Of a stretch of 64,000 nt of DNA, positions 13,524-48,974 are shown in pieces. Positions within the stretch are counted from its first letter, which is position 1, and each line of letters begins with the position of its first letter. Source of the DNA: Anolis carolinensis (lineage: Eukaryota); the NCBI RefSeq assembly GCF_035594765.1, contig NC_085845.1, positions 197,424,897 through 197,488,896 on the forward strand, given 5' to 3'. A model generated the notes under the pieces. The model did not search any database and had not been told where the DNA came from. It saw only the letters and a list, made by a program, of their open reading frames with translations. Position numbers and translations under genes: made by a program.

Positions 13524-14473
13524 CTATAGTCTTTCACTAGGATAAATAAGTGGCTATAGCATATGCAACAGATACACATTTAGGGACAAAACTAAATCAT
13601 TTTTGACTAGTTTTCTCAATGGGTCAACTCTAGTATAAATTAACCCAAAAGATTACTGCCACGTTGAGACAACTTCACTTATTGTACTATGATTCTGGAA
13701 TCTTTATTATGTTGACCATTTGATTGAATATAGTCTCCATTTAGGGGAAAAAGTGTTATCATGCATACTTGGATGGATATGCTTACGACGCACAATTAGC
13801 ATGCTGGCTTAATTACACCTGGCCTAGCAAAGCCAAGGACTAAAGGAGGTAAATTTCAATGCTTGGCTTCACAAAACAAGGCCCACCTGGAGTGTGATGC
13901 TATTATTGTTCTTTTAATTCTTCTGGGGCTTTTTGGCTCCATTGTATCTTTTACATATTTTGTATTTTAGTATGTATTTCTTTATTTTTATGGGGAATAT
14001 CCTTACTTTATACTACTCCGTAAGCTTTCCTCACTTTCTGATCACTGAGCAAGAACGGCTTATTATACACTCATTGCAAATTTTGCAAATCTACAATTTG
14101 CACTTAGATAGTAAGATCTGGCTCCGAAAAAAAGGCCCACCTAATACTATTGTTCTTTTAATCCTTTTGAGGCTTTCTGGCTCCTTTGTGTCCTTTATAT
14201 ACTATTGTTGTTGCTGCTGTTGTATTTGTTTGTTTATATTCTACTTTTATATCTTGATTAAAGTGCAAAGCAGCTGAATCAAAAGAGAATAGAAATCTAT
14301 CCATCTATCTATCTAAGAGTTAATGTCGGCATGTGTGTATGTCTGTACTATAAAGGCTGTTGCTAGGTGAAATGGCCTTCTGTGCTGTCACTAAGAAAGA
14401 TAGATGGCATGTGTATGGAGGGAAAGGAGAAAGAAAAAGGAGGGAACAAAGGAAGAAAAAGATAGGGGAAAAG

Positions 14474-14800
14474 TGTTGTCAGGCTTTCATGGCCAGAATC
14501 ACTGGGCTGCTGTGAGTTTTCTGGCCTATATGGCCATGTTCCTGAAGCATTCTCTCCTGATGTTTCACCCACATCAATGGCAGGCATCCTCAGAGGTTGT
14601 GAGGTCTGTTAGAAACTAGGAAAATTGGGTTTATATATCTGTGGAATAAGGAGAACGAACTCTTGTCTGCTTGAGTCAGATGTGAATATTTCAATTGGCC
14701 ACCATGATTAGCATTCAATGCCATAGATGCAGGCCAAACACCAGAAAAGAATGCTTCTGGAACATGGCCATACAGCCCGGAAAACTTACAGCAACCCAAA
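14474..14800. mobile_element. Penelope-like pLTR fragments in inverted arrangement
   Basis: ~14474-14718 minus followed by ~14719-14800 plus. Confidence 0.75.
14556..14596 (-). ncRNA. Hammerhead ribozyme motif, core intact with AUC triplet, in predicted MYSM1 3'UTR
   Basis: rc = CCTCTGAGGATGCCTGCCATTGATGTGGGTGAAACATCAGG. Confidence 0.6.
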
Positions 14801-14890
14801 GGGAAAAAGGTATGAGGAGAGGGAAGGAAAGGAAGAGAAAGACAGGCAGCATTCCCAACGATACCCAGGCAATGCCGGATATGTACATTG

Positions 14891-14921
<31 letters not shown>

Positions 14922-15591
14922 TATTATTATTATATATCTGGGTTTTCTGGGGAATGGTCTTAATAATTTTTTTTAGGCTCATTAATATCCAGCAAGCCAT
15001 GCTTGGCAGATTTTTTCCCTCATTGTCTGACCACTGAGCAGGAATGTCTTATTTTACAGGCATAGCCAATTTCTCAAATCTACAATCTGTTAGTTAGCAA
15101 GATTTGGTATGATGGGTTATTTCTTCTGATCTTCCTTTGCTATTCAATTTAACAAGACTGGACTGGAGATGCATCAAAAAACAACGCTCAAGGCAGGAAC
15201 TGACCGTGAGGAGTACTAACAATTGAATAAATGAAAAATATTGTTTGTTGCTTTTTTTCAGCTCTCAGCAATATACAACACAGCTGAATTTATCAATTGA
15301 ACAAATATGTTTGCTAACACCTGAGTTTCCATTGAACAGTGAAACAGACTGCACAGTAGTGTTGCAAACACCAGAATGAACCGGAAGATTATCATTGAAC
15401 AACCAACATGGGGCAATTGTTCTATTCACGTCAGAGTTCACATAGTTTGTAGTGAGTCCATGTCAGAGGTCACCTAGTTTGCCATGATTGCTTCATTCCA
15501 TCTTTATCATTTTCTTCAGCCACACTAGATCCTGTCACTCGTTCGCATTGCAGCCTTATTTTAAAGTGAGCGCTTATATTTTTCAGTACCA

Positions 15592-31597
<16,006 letters not shown>

Positions 31598-32490
31598 CCT
31601 GGCCGCCCTGAGAAGAAACAGGAAGCAGCGCCCAAAGGCCGGAACTTCCGTCTCCAACTGGGCATGCGTAGTGAGAGAACCGAAGCTCCCGTCGCCATTT
31701 TTAGACCTGGTTTGCCAGGCTTTGCGCTATAGAAGGCGGGAGAAAAAGGGGAGAAGTAAACAATCCTGTCAGGAGATGGGGCGTGAGTTTGACGAACAAA
31801 CACCAATACACACATGTGCATATGTATGTGTGTGTCACAACATACAGTCTTGGACAGCAATGCCTCCCCAAGCGATTAATTTAAGGTGGAATCAAGTGTC
31901 AGGTGTTTCGGTTGGTCTTTGGTGAGACAGTCATTAGATAATCAGCCCCAGGTAGTATTATAATTCTATTCTGTATTTTATTAGGTCCTTATCTATGCAC
32001 TTAATTCATTTTATTGTTGCATTATTTCTTCAGTTTCTCCACCGATGTAGATGATTGAACTGTGCCTGGTGGTTGACTGATATTATTAACTGTTACAATA
32101 TTCTCGTTTTACATTGTATTGCCGTTTTTATCTTTTTATACTGTGAATTGTGTTTATGTTGTTGTTTATTTTGTTCAATTATGTTGTTTCGGGCTTCTGC
32201 CCCATGTAAGCCCGGGCTGTGGCGCAGGCGGGAGAGCAAGCTAGCTGCAATTAACTGCAATGAATCCCTCTGACCAGGAGGTCATGAGTTCAAGGCCCCT
32301 CGGAGCCTATGTTTGTTTGTCTTTGTTCTATGTTAAAAGGCATTGAATGTTTGCCTATATGTGTAATGTGATCTGCCCTGAGTCCCCTTCGGGGTGAGAA
32401 GGGCGGAATATAAATGCTGTAAATAAATAAATAAATAAGCCGCCCCGTGTCTCCTCGGGGAGATGGTGGCGGGGTATAAATAAAGTATTA

Positions 32491-32812
32491 CAGTAGAGTC
32501 TCACTAATCCAAGCTAAACGGGCCGGCAGAAGCTTGGATAAGCGAATATCTTGGATTATAAGGACTGATCAAGGAAAAGCCTATTAAACATCAAATTAGG
32601 TTATGATTTTACAAATTAAGCACCAAAACTTCATGTTATACAACAAATTTGACAGAAAAAGTAGTTCAATACGCAGTAATGTTATGTTGTAATTACTGTA
32701 TTTACGAATTTAGCACCAAAATATCACGATATATTGGAAACATTGACTACAAAAATGGCTTGGATTATCCAGAGGCTTGGACAAGCGAGGCTTGGATTGG
32801 TGAGACTCTACT

Positions 32813-32857
<45 letters not shown>

Positions 32858-33012
32858 GTATTAGTATTATTATTATTACAGTAGAGTCTCACTTATCCAA
32901 GCTAAACGGGCCGGCAGAACCTTGGATAAGTGAATATCTTGGATAATAAGGAGGGATTAAGGAGAAGCCTATTAAACATCAAATTAGGTTATGATTTTAC
33001 AAATTAAGCACC
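32491..33012. mobile_element. Two tandem Tc1/mariner-type MITEs (32491-32813 complete; 32879-33012 truncated)
   Basis: Same TIR; separated by (TTA)n. Confidence 0.85.
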
Positions 33013-33150
33013 AATCCACCTGGTAATCGATGTCCTCACTGCAGAAGAACATGCAGGTCAAGAATAGGTCTCTGCAGTCATCTATGGACCCATCACCAAG
33101 ATACCACACTTGGAAGATAATCATAAACACGAGTGATCACCGATGATGAT
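33013..33150 (+). mobile_element. RTE-clade LINE 3' end
   Basis: Encodes CPHCRRTCRSRIGLCSHLWTH, the C-terminal C2H2 finger typical of RTE ORFs. Confidence 0.65.
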
Positions 33151-33259
33151 GGGTCACAACATATTACGTGTGTGTTGCACAAACGTAATGGGAAATGACA
33201 AAAATATTGGAAATGTTATCTTACAAATCGTATTTGAAAAAATATGTTTTGATGAGGTA

Positions 33260-33704
33260 CAGTAGAGTCTCACTTAGCCAACATTTACTTATCCAACGTT
33301 CTGGTTTATCCAACATAGTCTGCCTCCCACCCAGATCCACAGCTGTTTCTCTAGACAACAAGGACTGAACTTTTTACCGATTTAAATTTTGACAGTGTTG
33401 TTACTGTAAGTTCATTTTATGCAATTCTATCTTTATTAGTCTATTTGTTAGTAGCCAGTGTTTTTGTAGTCATTGTTTTCAATACATTACAATGTTTTGG
33501 TGTTAAATTTGTAAATACTGTGTATTGAACTGCTTTTTTTTGGTCAATTTGTTGTATAACATGATGTTTTGGTGCTTAATTTGTAAAATCATAATGTAAT
33601 TTGACGTTTAATAGGCTTTCCCTTAATCCCTCCTTATTATCCAACATTTTCACTTATCCAATGTTCTGCTGGACCGTTTATATTGGATAAGTGAGACTCT
33701 ACTG
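33260..33704. mobile_element. Longer variant of the Tc1/mariner-type MITE
   Basis: Same TIRs with extra internal sequence; TA TSD. Confidence 0.85.
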
Positions 33705-36383
33705 TATGTTGCGTCCCCATATATTTCATTATTACAATTTATACATATCTCCAGATCTCTTTTAATGGATTGGTGTAAAACAAAATCCACTGGCTTGCTA
33801 GTGCAAAACAATCCCTGTCTAAACAGTGTGTCACTAACATGAAATGTCTGGAAAGATCTGTTCTAAACCTTTATAATGAATAGGCTGTTTGTATGAAGAG
33901 CAATAGAAATGCAAAACTTATGTATACGGTGACACGTTCCATTTTAACAAATGATGGCATTTAGGGGATTGTTCCTCCTACTCATTCAAAGCCATAAAGG
34001 TCCGTCCCTAAGCACTTTGCTGAGCAAAGGTGAGCCCCGGCCACATTTTCAGTATGAATCCTGCAGTCCTATATCCACTTACCTGGAAATGCATCCACCT
34101 GAACACAGTAGACCTCATGTTAGTTTTCACTAACTGGTTTCGTCAACTTCAGCAGGATTTAGGCAGAAATCCCAAAGCACTCTTATTAGAGGGCAAGCTC
34201 TGCTCTGAGTAAATAGGAATAATCCTGAGTAAACAAGAACCGAGGGTCTCCATGCTTCCAGCCCTGATTCAGCAACACACACTCTTGTAAGTATTTTCTC
34301 ACTTAAAGACACCAATGTTATCCAACTCTTTTCAGAAAGATACAAAGCTCTCCAACATTATTATGCTCATTCTCTTAATTAAAAGGAATTTTCCTTGGGA
34401 TTCTTGCTCCTTCACATACGACAGAATTTCTCTCAGAAAAATATTTTTATGTGAGTGATATTACAAAATCAGCTTTGGGGATACGTTAACACAGACATTT
34501 TACTTCTTTATCTTAAGTCAGTTGTGTTTTTAATACTTTTCTAAAATTATATTTTATCTTTTTTTAAAGTGAAGGATAGTCTTAGTTGGCAGAGATGGTG
34601 GGATATTATGGGGTAATTTTATATCAGAGCCTTTTGCCTTGTTCCTTATTTTACTGTTTGTTCTTTTAATTATTTTATTTGTTGTGAAAATTCAAACAAA
34701 ATTAGTTAACAAACAAGCATGTTACTCTTATATACCAGGAACAAGACAATTCACCACAATCAGTAATGTGACTGCCTTGAGTCCCTATGTCAAGAAAAAG
34801 GCGAAATAAAATAAAAGAAATCAAATATGCATACAAATACAAATGGAAATATAGGAAAGAAATCTATGGCAGCTTCCAGGTGAATGAAATCCCTACCAGT
34901 ATGTCCCACTGTTAGTGGGAATGATAGGCCTCATAATCCAAAATGTTTGGAGAACAGAAGATCAAAAGAGAATCTTCTGTTCTTACCCATTATGGAATAA
35001 ATGTGGATTTGTAATTCATTTCAAGGGAAAGATTTTCCATGTAGGTAGTGTATAAAGATGAAGAACAGTCTTCGGTTGCCAAAACAATTGCTAATATAAT
35101 GATGCTGGTGGAAGAAAATATTATTTATACACCAAGATGGAACAAAATGCAGCTCTAAAGAGCTGCAATTTCCATCAGCCTTAACCTGGCATAACCAATG
35201 GCGAGGGATGCTGGAGGCTGCAGTACAGCAATGTATGAAAGATCACATTTTGCTCAAAGTCTTTAGTCTTCTCTTACAGATAGCGTTGGTGCGTCACCAA
35301 ACTACAACTTCCGCAATTCCACAGCATTGAGCCGTGGCAGTTGAAATTATGTCAAACTGCATTAATTCTACAATGTAGATGCAACTCAATTGATTTCCAT
35401 AGCACAGTGGGGATTTGAACCTTGGTCTCGGGAGTCCTAATCCAGCACCCAAACAACACTCTAATCCACCTGCTACTTCCAATTTAAGTAAACCCATTAA
35501 ATCAATGAGACTTACAAATGTAAATTACAAAAGTAACTAATTCACTTTGTCTACTTTGGACTAGATTATTGCTTGCAACAGGGCTCTAATGCTCCATCAA
35601 ATACAACATGAGTAGGATTCGTGAGCATTTTGCTCAGGTTTATTTTTATTTTTTTCAACAAAAGTTTTCGTCTAGCTGACGTAAGTAATGCTTATACAAA
35701 AATGTCATGTCTTGCATAAATAAAGGGATTTGAGACTCGGATTTATGTACAGATATACATTAGTCAAATTAGAAATCAGACCCTGTAAGGGACATTCCTC
35801 TTGCAAGGAGGAGCAAGGGAGAAAGGAATAAGTCATTTTGCAAGATTTAGGAAGCCCAAAACTATTAGTCATTTTACAACAATCAGGCCAAAAAAGAATG
35901 GTGGGCACACAGTAGTCGATGTGAGGAACGAAACTATATCACAATCTAAGTTCCAAAGCTACATTTATGGAGAGGATTGCACTGGTTCATCTCTTAATGG
36001 CTCATGATACATATACTGCCAAAATGAGTTTTTTTTTTATTTAAACCTTTATGGCTTGAAAATTTTGTTAAATATTGTGGCAGATGATGTTTAAATATGA
36101 AAAGAAATGTAATACACTGGGAATAACAAAATAACTGTATATATTTTTTAAAAAACAACACAAGGAACTTATTAAAACCCTGTAGATCTCGGTCAAGAAA
36201 AAAATGCTAGCACTGTGGCTTGTCAAGTCTATTCAGCTTTTTAAAAAACCTGTTTCACTTCCAAGTGGCAAGGAGGCATGCATTTAGTGGGTGAACAACT
36301 AACGACAAAGAGAAGAGGATGGAGGCTACCAAAAAAAGTCTTAAGATGAAAAGGAAGAAGATTGGGATGAGATGGAAGCCTCC

Positions 36384-42697
<6,314 letters not shown>

Positions 42698-43103
42698 CTA
42701 CGTCTCAGTCTTCCACTGGACAACAAAGACTTTTCTAGGGTTTTGGACACAGGAGAATCAAATGCTCAGTTGCTTCTTAATCTTCAATTTCGATTGCTAA
42801 AGAAATAAAACAAACTGATTGTGCACCAGGCGCTAAGCACTTTTTCTGCTATCTTTTCATACTGTTTTGTTTCATAAATACAAATTAATATCTGGAATAT
42901 CTAGCCAGGGCTGTCGTACTTGAATGGGTGTTATTGTGGTTTTAATTTATGCTTTTAATTAAACTGCCTTTTAAATATCTGGACCTTTTAAGTGTTAAGC
43001 AGTTGCTTTGGGTTGTGATCAAGAGAGAAAAGTAGAGTAATAATAATAATAATGTAAGTATACCTAATACTGCAGATATGACTGCCATTAAATTACCTAA
43101 CGT

Positions 43104-43148
<45 letters not shown>

Positions 43149-43536
43149 TTATTTATACCCTGCTTTATCTCTCTAGAAGAAGACTCAAAGAAGCTTTAAT
43201 CTTAACATTTAATCTTAGCATGTCATAATAATTTCCAAGGGAAGTATACCATAGAATTGCTTGGAGACCATTTCCCCCCAAAGGCAATTTGAATAAGTAA
43301 GGCATCAGATATGGTCTTACAGTCTTTTTAAAAGTTGGTTTTACTGTAAACTCCCAAGAGTCAAAAGGGGGATATGAATCCCATAAAGAACAAGATAATA
43401 ATAATAATAATAATAATAATAATCTTTATTTTTATTCCGCTCTATTTCCCCGAGGGAACTCAAAACGGATTACAGGCACATATATGGCAAACATTCAATG
43501 CCGTTATACAATTGACAAAGACAGACAGTACATAAA

Positions 43537-43860
43537 CAGAGGCAAGGCTTCCCTCTTTTTCCATTTCCGGCATCTGGAGGCTGTGCTCGATTTGGCCATG
43601 AGAAAGTGCTGTTTCATTTTTTCCTTGCTGAAGAGCCCCTCGTCCATTGAATTGCCGGCATGTTTTTTCAGGGGTGCCTATTACCTCCCCACCAAAGCAG
43701 TACCTATTTATCTACTCACATTGAGGTTTTTGAACTGATAGGTAAGCAGAAGCTAGGGTTGGTGGTGGGGGCTCACCCCACCAGTGGCTTGAACTACCAA
43801 CTGCCAACCTTCTGGTCAGCATGATCTTTAATAGCTGGGGGTTTAATTGCTGTGCTAGCC
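43537..43860 (-). mobile_element. Diverged Sauria-type SINE
   Basis: gcagtacctatttatctactcacattg...gaactgataggtaagcagaagctagg. Confidence 0.6.
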
Positions 43861-44959
43861 CCTAAGACTTAAGACTATGTTTAATCTGCATTAAGCACTG
43901 GTGGGTTGCAGTTTAATGATACAGACAAGCTGGAACGTCTCCAGAGAAGGACAAATGAAATAACCAAAGGTCTAGAAAACAAGACCATGAGGAACTGCTA
44001 GGTAATGGAGCTGGGTATATAGACATTTTAGAACACTGCTATTCAACATAAGATCTATTGTTGTTATGTAAAAATACATTCATAAAAGCTGTGGTTAAAG
44101 GAAATGTGGATATATTAGAAAGCATAATATATACAGTAATTTTTCACTTTTGTGGGTCCCTGTGCCCCTAGTCCAGACATAGGCAAACTTGGGCCCTCCA
44201 GGTGTTTTGGACTTCAACTCCAACAATTCCTAACAGCCAGTAGACTGTTAAGAACTGTGGGAGTTGAAGTCCATGCCTGTTCTAGTCCCAGCAAATGTCG
44301 AGGGCTGTTCCTATACTAGGACATCAAAGGGACTCCAAAACATTTCATAGGTGATTTTAACATGGAGATCTTAAGAAGAAAGTAAGAGTGAAGAAGAGCC
44401 AAGAGAAAGTTGGAACAGGGTCTGAGGCTTATGGAGGCAATTAAAAGCCTCTGCAAAGCAGCAGATGGTTACGCAGAGTTAAGCGCAGATAAAAGGTGCT
44501 GGGACTATGGGCTTACTGTATTAATACAGAAGGAAGAGGAGCTGGTATACAAAATAAAGGGTGAAAGAAAGAAAGAAATAACAATTAGCACATCCATAAA
44601 GGAAGCAGAGAATTGCAATATGATTTTGATTGATTATATTTGGAAGAGGGGAAAACCCCCATAGGAAAGGAGCAAGTTAATATCTATGATTAATGAAATG
44701 GTAATCAGGGATAAGGCAAGCTCACAAACCAGAAAATTAAAGAATTGACTCAGGCAAAAAGTAAAAGCTTAAGCCAATGGCCCTGGAGCACCTCAGGAAG
44801 GCTACGTATGCATCAGATATTTAAAATCTTGAATAAATACATCCTTCAAAATGTATCTGCTCTGAAAGAAATAGCAGGAAGCATTAAGGGCAGCTGCTTT
44901 GTTCCTGGGACAAATGTTCAGGAACTGGACAGATCTGGAGTAATGTACCAAATTCCGGG

Positions 44960-45482
44960 ACGAATCTAACTGCATTTGGGAATGACTCAACAGGGATTGG
45001 GTCCAACCTATCTTTGAGACTGCATCTCTTTCTATGAACCGGCACGGGGTTTAATATCTTCCAGAAAGGCCCTCCTCTCGGTCCCACCTCCATCTCAAAT
45101 GTGGTTGGTGGGGACGTAGAGAGGGCCTTCTCGGTGGTGGCCCAAGGGAGATCAGGCTAGCCCCCAGCCCCAAAACCTTCCATACACAATTGAAGACATG
45201 GCTTTTCTGGCAAGCCTTTGATGATATTTAGATTTCTTACGAAAATATATGAGGACCTTCAGATTCTTTATCAAGCATTTTACAAGACTGAGATTGATTA
45301 CTGTTGTTTTTACCTGCAGCAATCACTGTATTTTACTGTTTTTAATCAGTGAGCACTGTGAAGTTCTGATGTTTATGTTGGCTGTTTATTGTTTTATGTT
45401 ATTGTTTTGCACTTTTAATATTTTCCATGTTTTTGTGAGCCACCCCGAGTCCCTCTGGGAGATGGTGGTGGTGTATATATAG
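44960..45482 (+). mobile_element. L2-like LINE 3' portion
   Basis: gagggccttctcggtggtggccc, tgaagacatggcttttc..caagccttt, tgtgagccaccccgagtccc tail. Confidence 0.65.
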
Positions 45483-47197
45483 AGTTTATTTATATTTATT
45501 TGAATGTTTTTGTGCTCATTATAAAGTTATTTGCATTATGAAGACAGCGGTTTCTTATTTTAAAAATAACTAGCATATGGCAAGGAATATTAGTAGTTTA
45601 TCTTTTGATTTTACCTCTCCTGAAGATATCGACAATGGTCACCCCTGATTTATTGAGGAGTTATATTTTTATACAGATTTTAACGGTTCAGTGTGTTAGT
45701 TATGATGCCTTATTGATGTATTTGTTTTAGCCTAGATGTTTAGTTGTTTATTTTAACTGTCTATTTTAATGATTTATGTTTAATTAATGATTTTTTAATT
45801 AATGAATTAATTAATGATTAATGATTTTAATGTTTTATTTTGTTATTCACATGGCATTGAATGTTTGCCATTTTTTCCTTTTTTTGCCTTTGGAAGCCAC
45901 CCTGAGTCCCCTTGGTGAGAGAGGGCAGGTTAAAAATAAAGATGATGATGATGATTATTATTATAGTCACAGCCGCCACTTCCAAGCTCAGATGTGAGAT
46001 CTAAGACATGAAAGTCCATGTAATTATTAAAACCTCTGAGCACCGAACAGTGAGTCTGTATATATAAGATTCTCTGAGTCATTAATCTTCTTGGTGAACC
46101 AGGTGAGGATTATATCAAAATTATTTTCAGTTCCACTGCTTGTACATCTAATATGTAGGTCTCCCTAACTTCAGTGAATGTGAAGGGCTAACCATAATCC
46201 TAAATTCTAACATTCCTCATGAATTTATACAGTTATGATGGCAGCCACATTACAGCCACTGGGGTACTGTCCTCATTTTTGGTAGATTTCAAATTGTGAA
46301 TCGTATTCTTTTTAGTGTTGTGAGCTCCTTTGATTATCATTTAAGAGAGGAAAACAGGACGATGACAATGATGATATCTAAATGGTCACATACTAATAAA
46401 TGACTACCGGTAATTACATTCCAAAACTCAAACTCCTCCCATGCAAACTTTCTCAATCCCACACACAAACCGCAGCAATCTATTTGGTAGCATTACATCC
46501 ATACACACCACTGAACTGTAAAACCACAAGATTACTCTGTAATCCTAACAATCCATCCCATTGATTTCAACAGAGCCTATTCTAAAGCAGCATGTGTGTC
46601 TGGAAGGAAACTTTACTGAGTTTAGTGTAATTTACTGCCACATATAGAGATATACTGCATTAGTCTTGTTTGCAACACTCCACCCACCTCTACAGAGAAC
46701 ATCTTGCTGTGTGGAAAGAGGCTTGTGACACAAGGTTATTAGCGATTCTTCAGAAAAAACAATACCGCCTTTACAAGTATGTACAGTATTTGCACAACAG
46801 TGTCCCCAGGGCACGTCATTTGCTAAGTTTTTACAATAAAGCTAGGAGAGAAGGGGGGAGGGAGAAGAAGTCAATCTACACAAGTCACAAGTCAATCTAG
46901 TTTGTCCTAAATGCAAGAAAATACTGAGATCTCTTGATAACAAAAAAAGGAAATTGGGGAAAAGACACCCAAATGCAAGGCAGCTTAGCAATTTATCTGC
47001 ATTTTAATAAGAACAAGAAAACAAGAAAAGATTTCTTGTTGTTACCTTCCCTGTTCTAAGGTGTTAGCAAGATTCCATCAGAAGTTTGCCATTGCATTCC
47101 TCTTGGACTGAGAGTGTGTGCCTTGCCCATGGTTAGCCAATGGGTTGTCATGGCTGAGTACAGATTCAAACCAAGATTTCCTGGAGTCCTGTCCCAG

Positions 47198-47418
47198 AAT
47201 GCGTCTACACTGTAGAGTTAACACAGTTTGATACCACTTTAACTGCCGTGGCTCAGTGCTATGGGATCCTGGGATTTGTAGTCTGGTGAGGCATCAACAG
47301 TCTTTGGCAGAGAAGGCTAAAGATCCTGGAAAACTACAACACCTATAATTTCATAGCATTGAGCCATGGCAGTTAAAGTGATGTCATACTGCGTTAAAAC
47401 CACACTGTAGATGCACCC
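47198..47418. mobile_element. Palindromic DNA-transposon MITE, possibly PIF/Harbinger (also 48158-48376; halves at 35295-35385 and 50650-50735)
   Basis: TIR GC(A/G)TCTACACTGTAGA..TAATGCAGTTTGA.ACCACTTTAACTGCC. Confidence 0.7.
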
Positions 47419-48974
47419 TTATTATTTAACCAAAGGATCAGAAGAACTAATTTTCACCCCAAGCCTCCAGGCAATCCACTCTCATTAATACTAATGAATA
47501 CACACCCAGGCCAACCCATCCTCTTATTTACCATATCACGCCCAGTACTTTATTAAATCTATTTTAATTTTATGGAATCCTTTCAACATCCAGGTTCCAC
47601 CTGTGAGCAAAGTAGGTGTGTTGCTTTATTAAACTCACTCTCTTCTTGAAGAAGAAGAAAAGAAGGGGAACGTAATTAGGAAATGTGTTCCTTTTAGGAC
47701 ATACAAAGGAGGAAAAATCCAGAACATTTGTAACCCAGTGCTTTTCTGTCCTTACTATGGGACACAAGACACATTAGATCATTTTAATAGGACAAGTCTA
47801 TTGTTGTATGCAGTGGCTCACAGTCTTTCGGAAACAATACTTCCTTTGACGGATAGCATTTGAGGGCAGGAAGTTCCAATAGGAAGGGACACAAAGTCCA
47901 TTCATGTCGGTACGTGTTGTTTTCCTTGATCATTTCCTCTGCAAAGAGTCAAGAAAATTGTCCAAAAAAGACAACGAAACACTTTCCTATGGTAGCCTGC
48001 AATTCGCCTTTGCAAAAGGATAATAATTCTGTTTAGAGGAGTGAAAGCTGGGTACTCAGTTGTAATGCATTATTATCATCGTCATCATTATTTCCTGCTT
48101 TTTTTGTCTTGATTGGGACTGTTATCTATTATGGATAACCTCAAGATTTGTTCAAGAAGCATCTATACCGTACAATTAATGCAGTTTGGTATCTATTTAA
48201 CTGCCTTGGCTAAATGTTAAGGAATCATAGGAGTTGTAGTTTGTTACGCCACCACTGTGATTTGTCAGAGAAGGCTAAAAGTCCTTGTAGAGACACAGTT
48301 CCCATGGTTCCACTACATTAAGCCACGGCAGTTAAAGTGGTGTCAAACTGCATTAATTCTACAGTGTAGATGCACCTGGTGGAATAACCCTCACTGAACA
48401 ATCATATCCATATGACTAATTTTGTTTTAACTGCAAGGGTAGGATTCCTAACCTTTTTTTAATCTGCAAAGGTGCATTTATGAATTTCATCCTAAGGATT
48501 CTCGCCATTGAAAAACTCTGATGCAAAAATAAAAAGGATTTTTTAAAAACAGATTTATATTTAAAACAGAAAATATATTTAAAAACAGATGAAAAGTGTT
48601 CCTTTTGGATTTGTCCAGGTATCAAAATATATCAAAATATACCTAATAAAATACATCAGTCAGTCAATACATCTTTCTTGTACATCCACAGACCATTTAA
48701 AGCACAAGATATCCATGATTCAAAACAAAAGGAAAAACTAAAAAATATACCTTTCCTTTGTGGTGGTTTAATATACCTAAACTTGGTTTCATGCAAAAAA
48801 AATATTTAAAATATTGCCCATAAAAATATGTTCAGGCTATGTATTCAAGGTGTTTTTAGACTTGGGTCCTATCTCCCAGATAATGTATATGAAAATATTC
48901 CAAAATCTTAGGGGGGAAATCTGAAACAGTTCTGTTTCCAAGTACTTTTGATAATAAGGGATACACACCCTGTC

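Noticed and set aside
14590-15000. Poly-N/D/I/M/H ORFs
   Set aside because: Translations of (TCA)n/(TTA)n microsatellites and Penelope fragments.
44290-44960. Possible decayed retroelement coding sequence in CLDND1 intron 1
   Set aside because: No interpretable motif in any frame.
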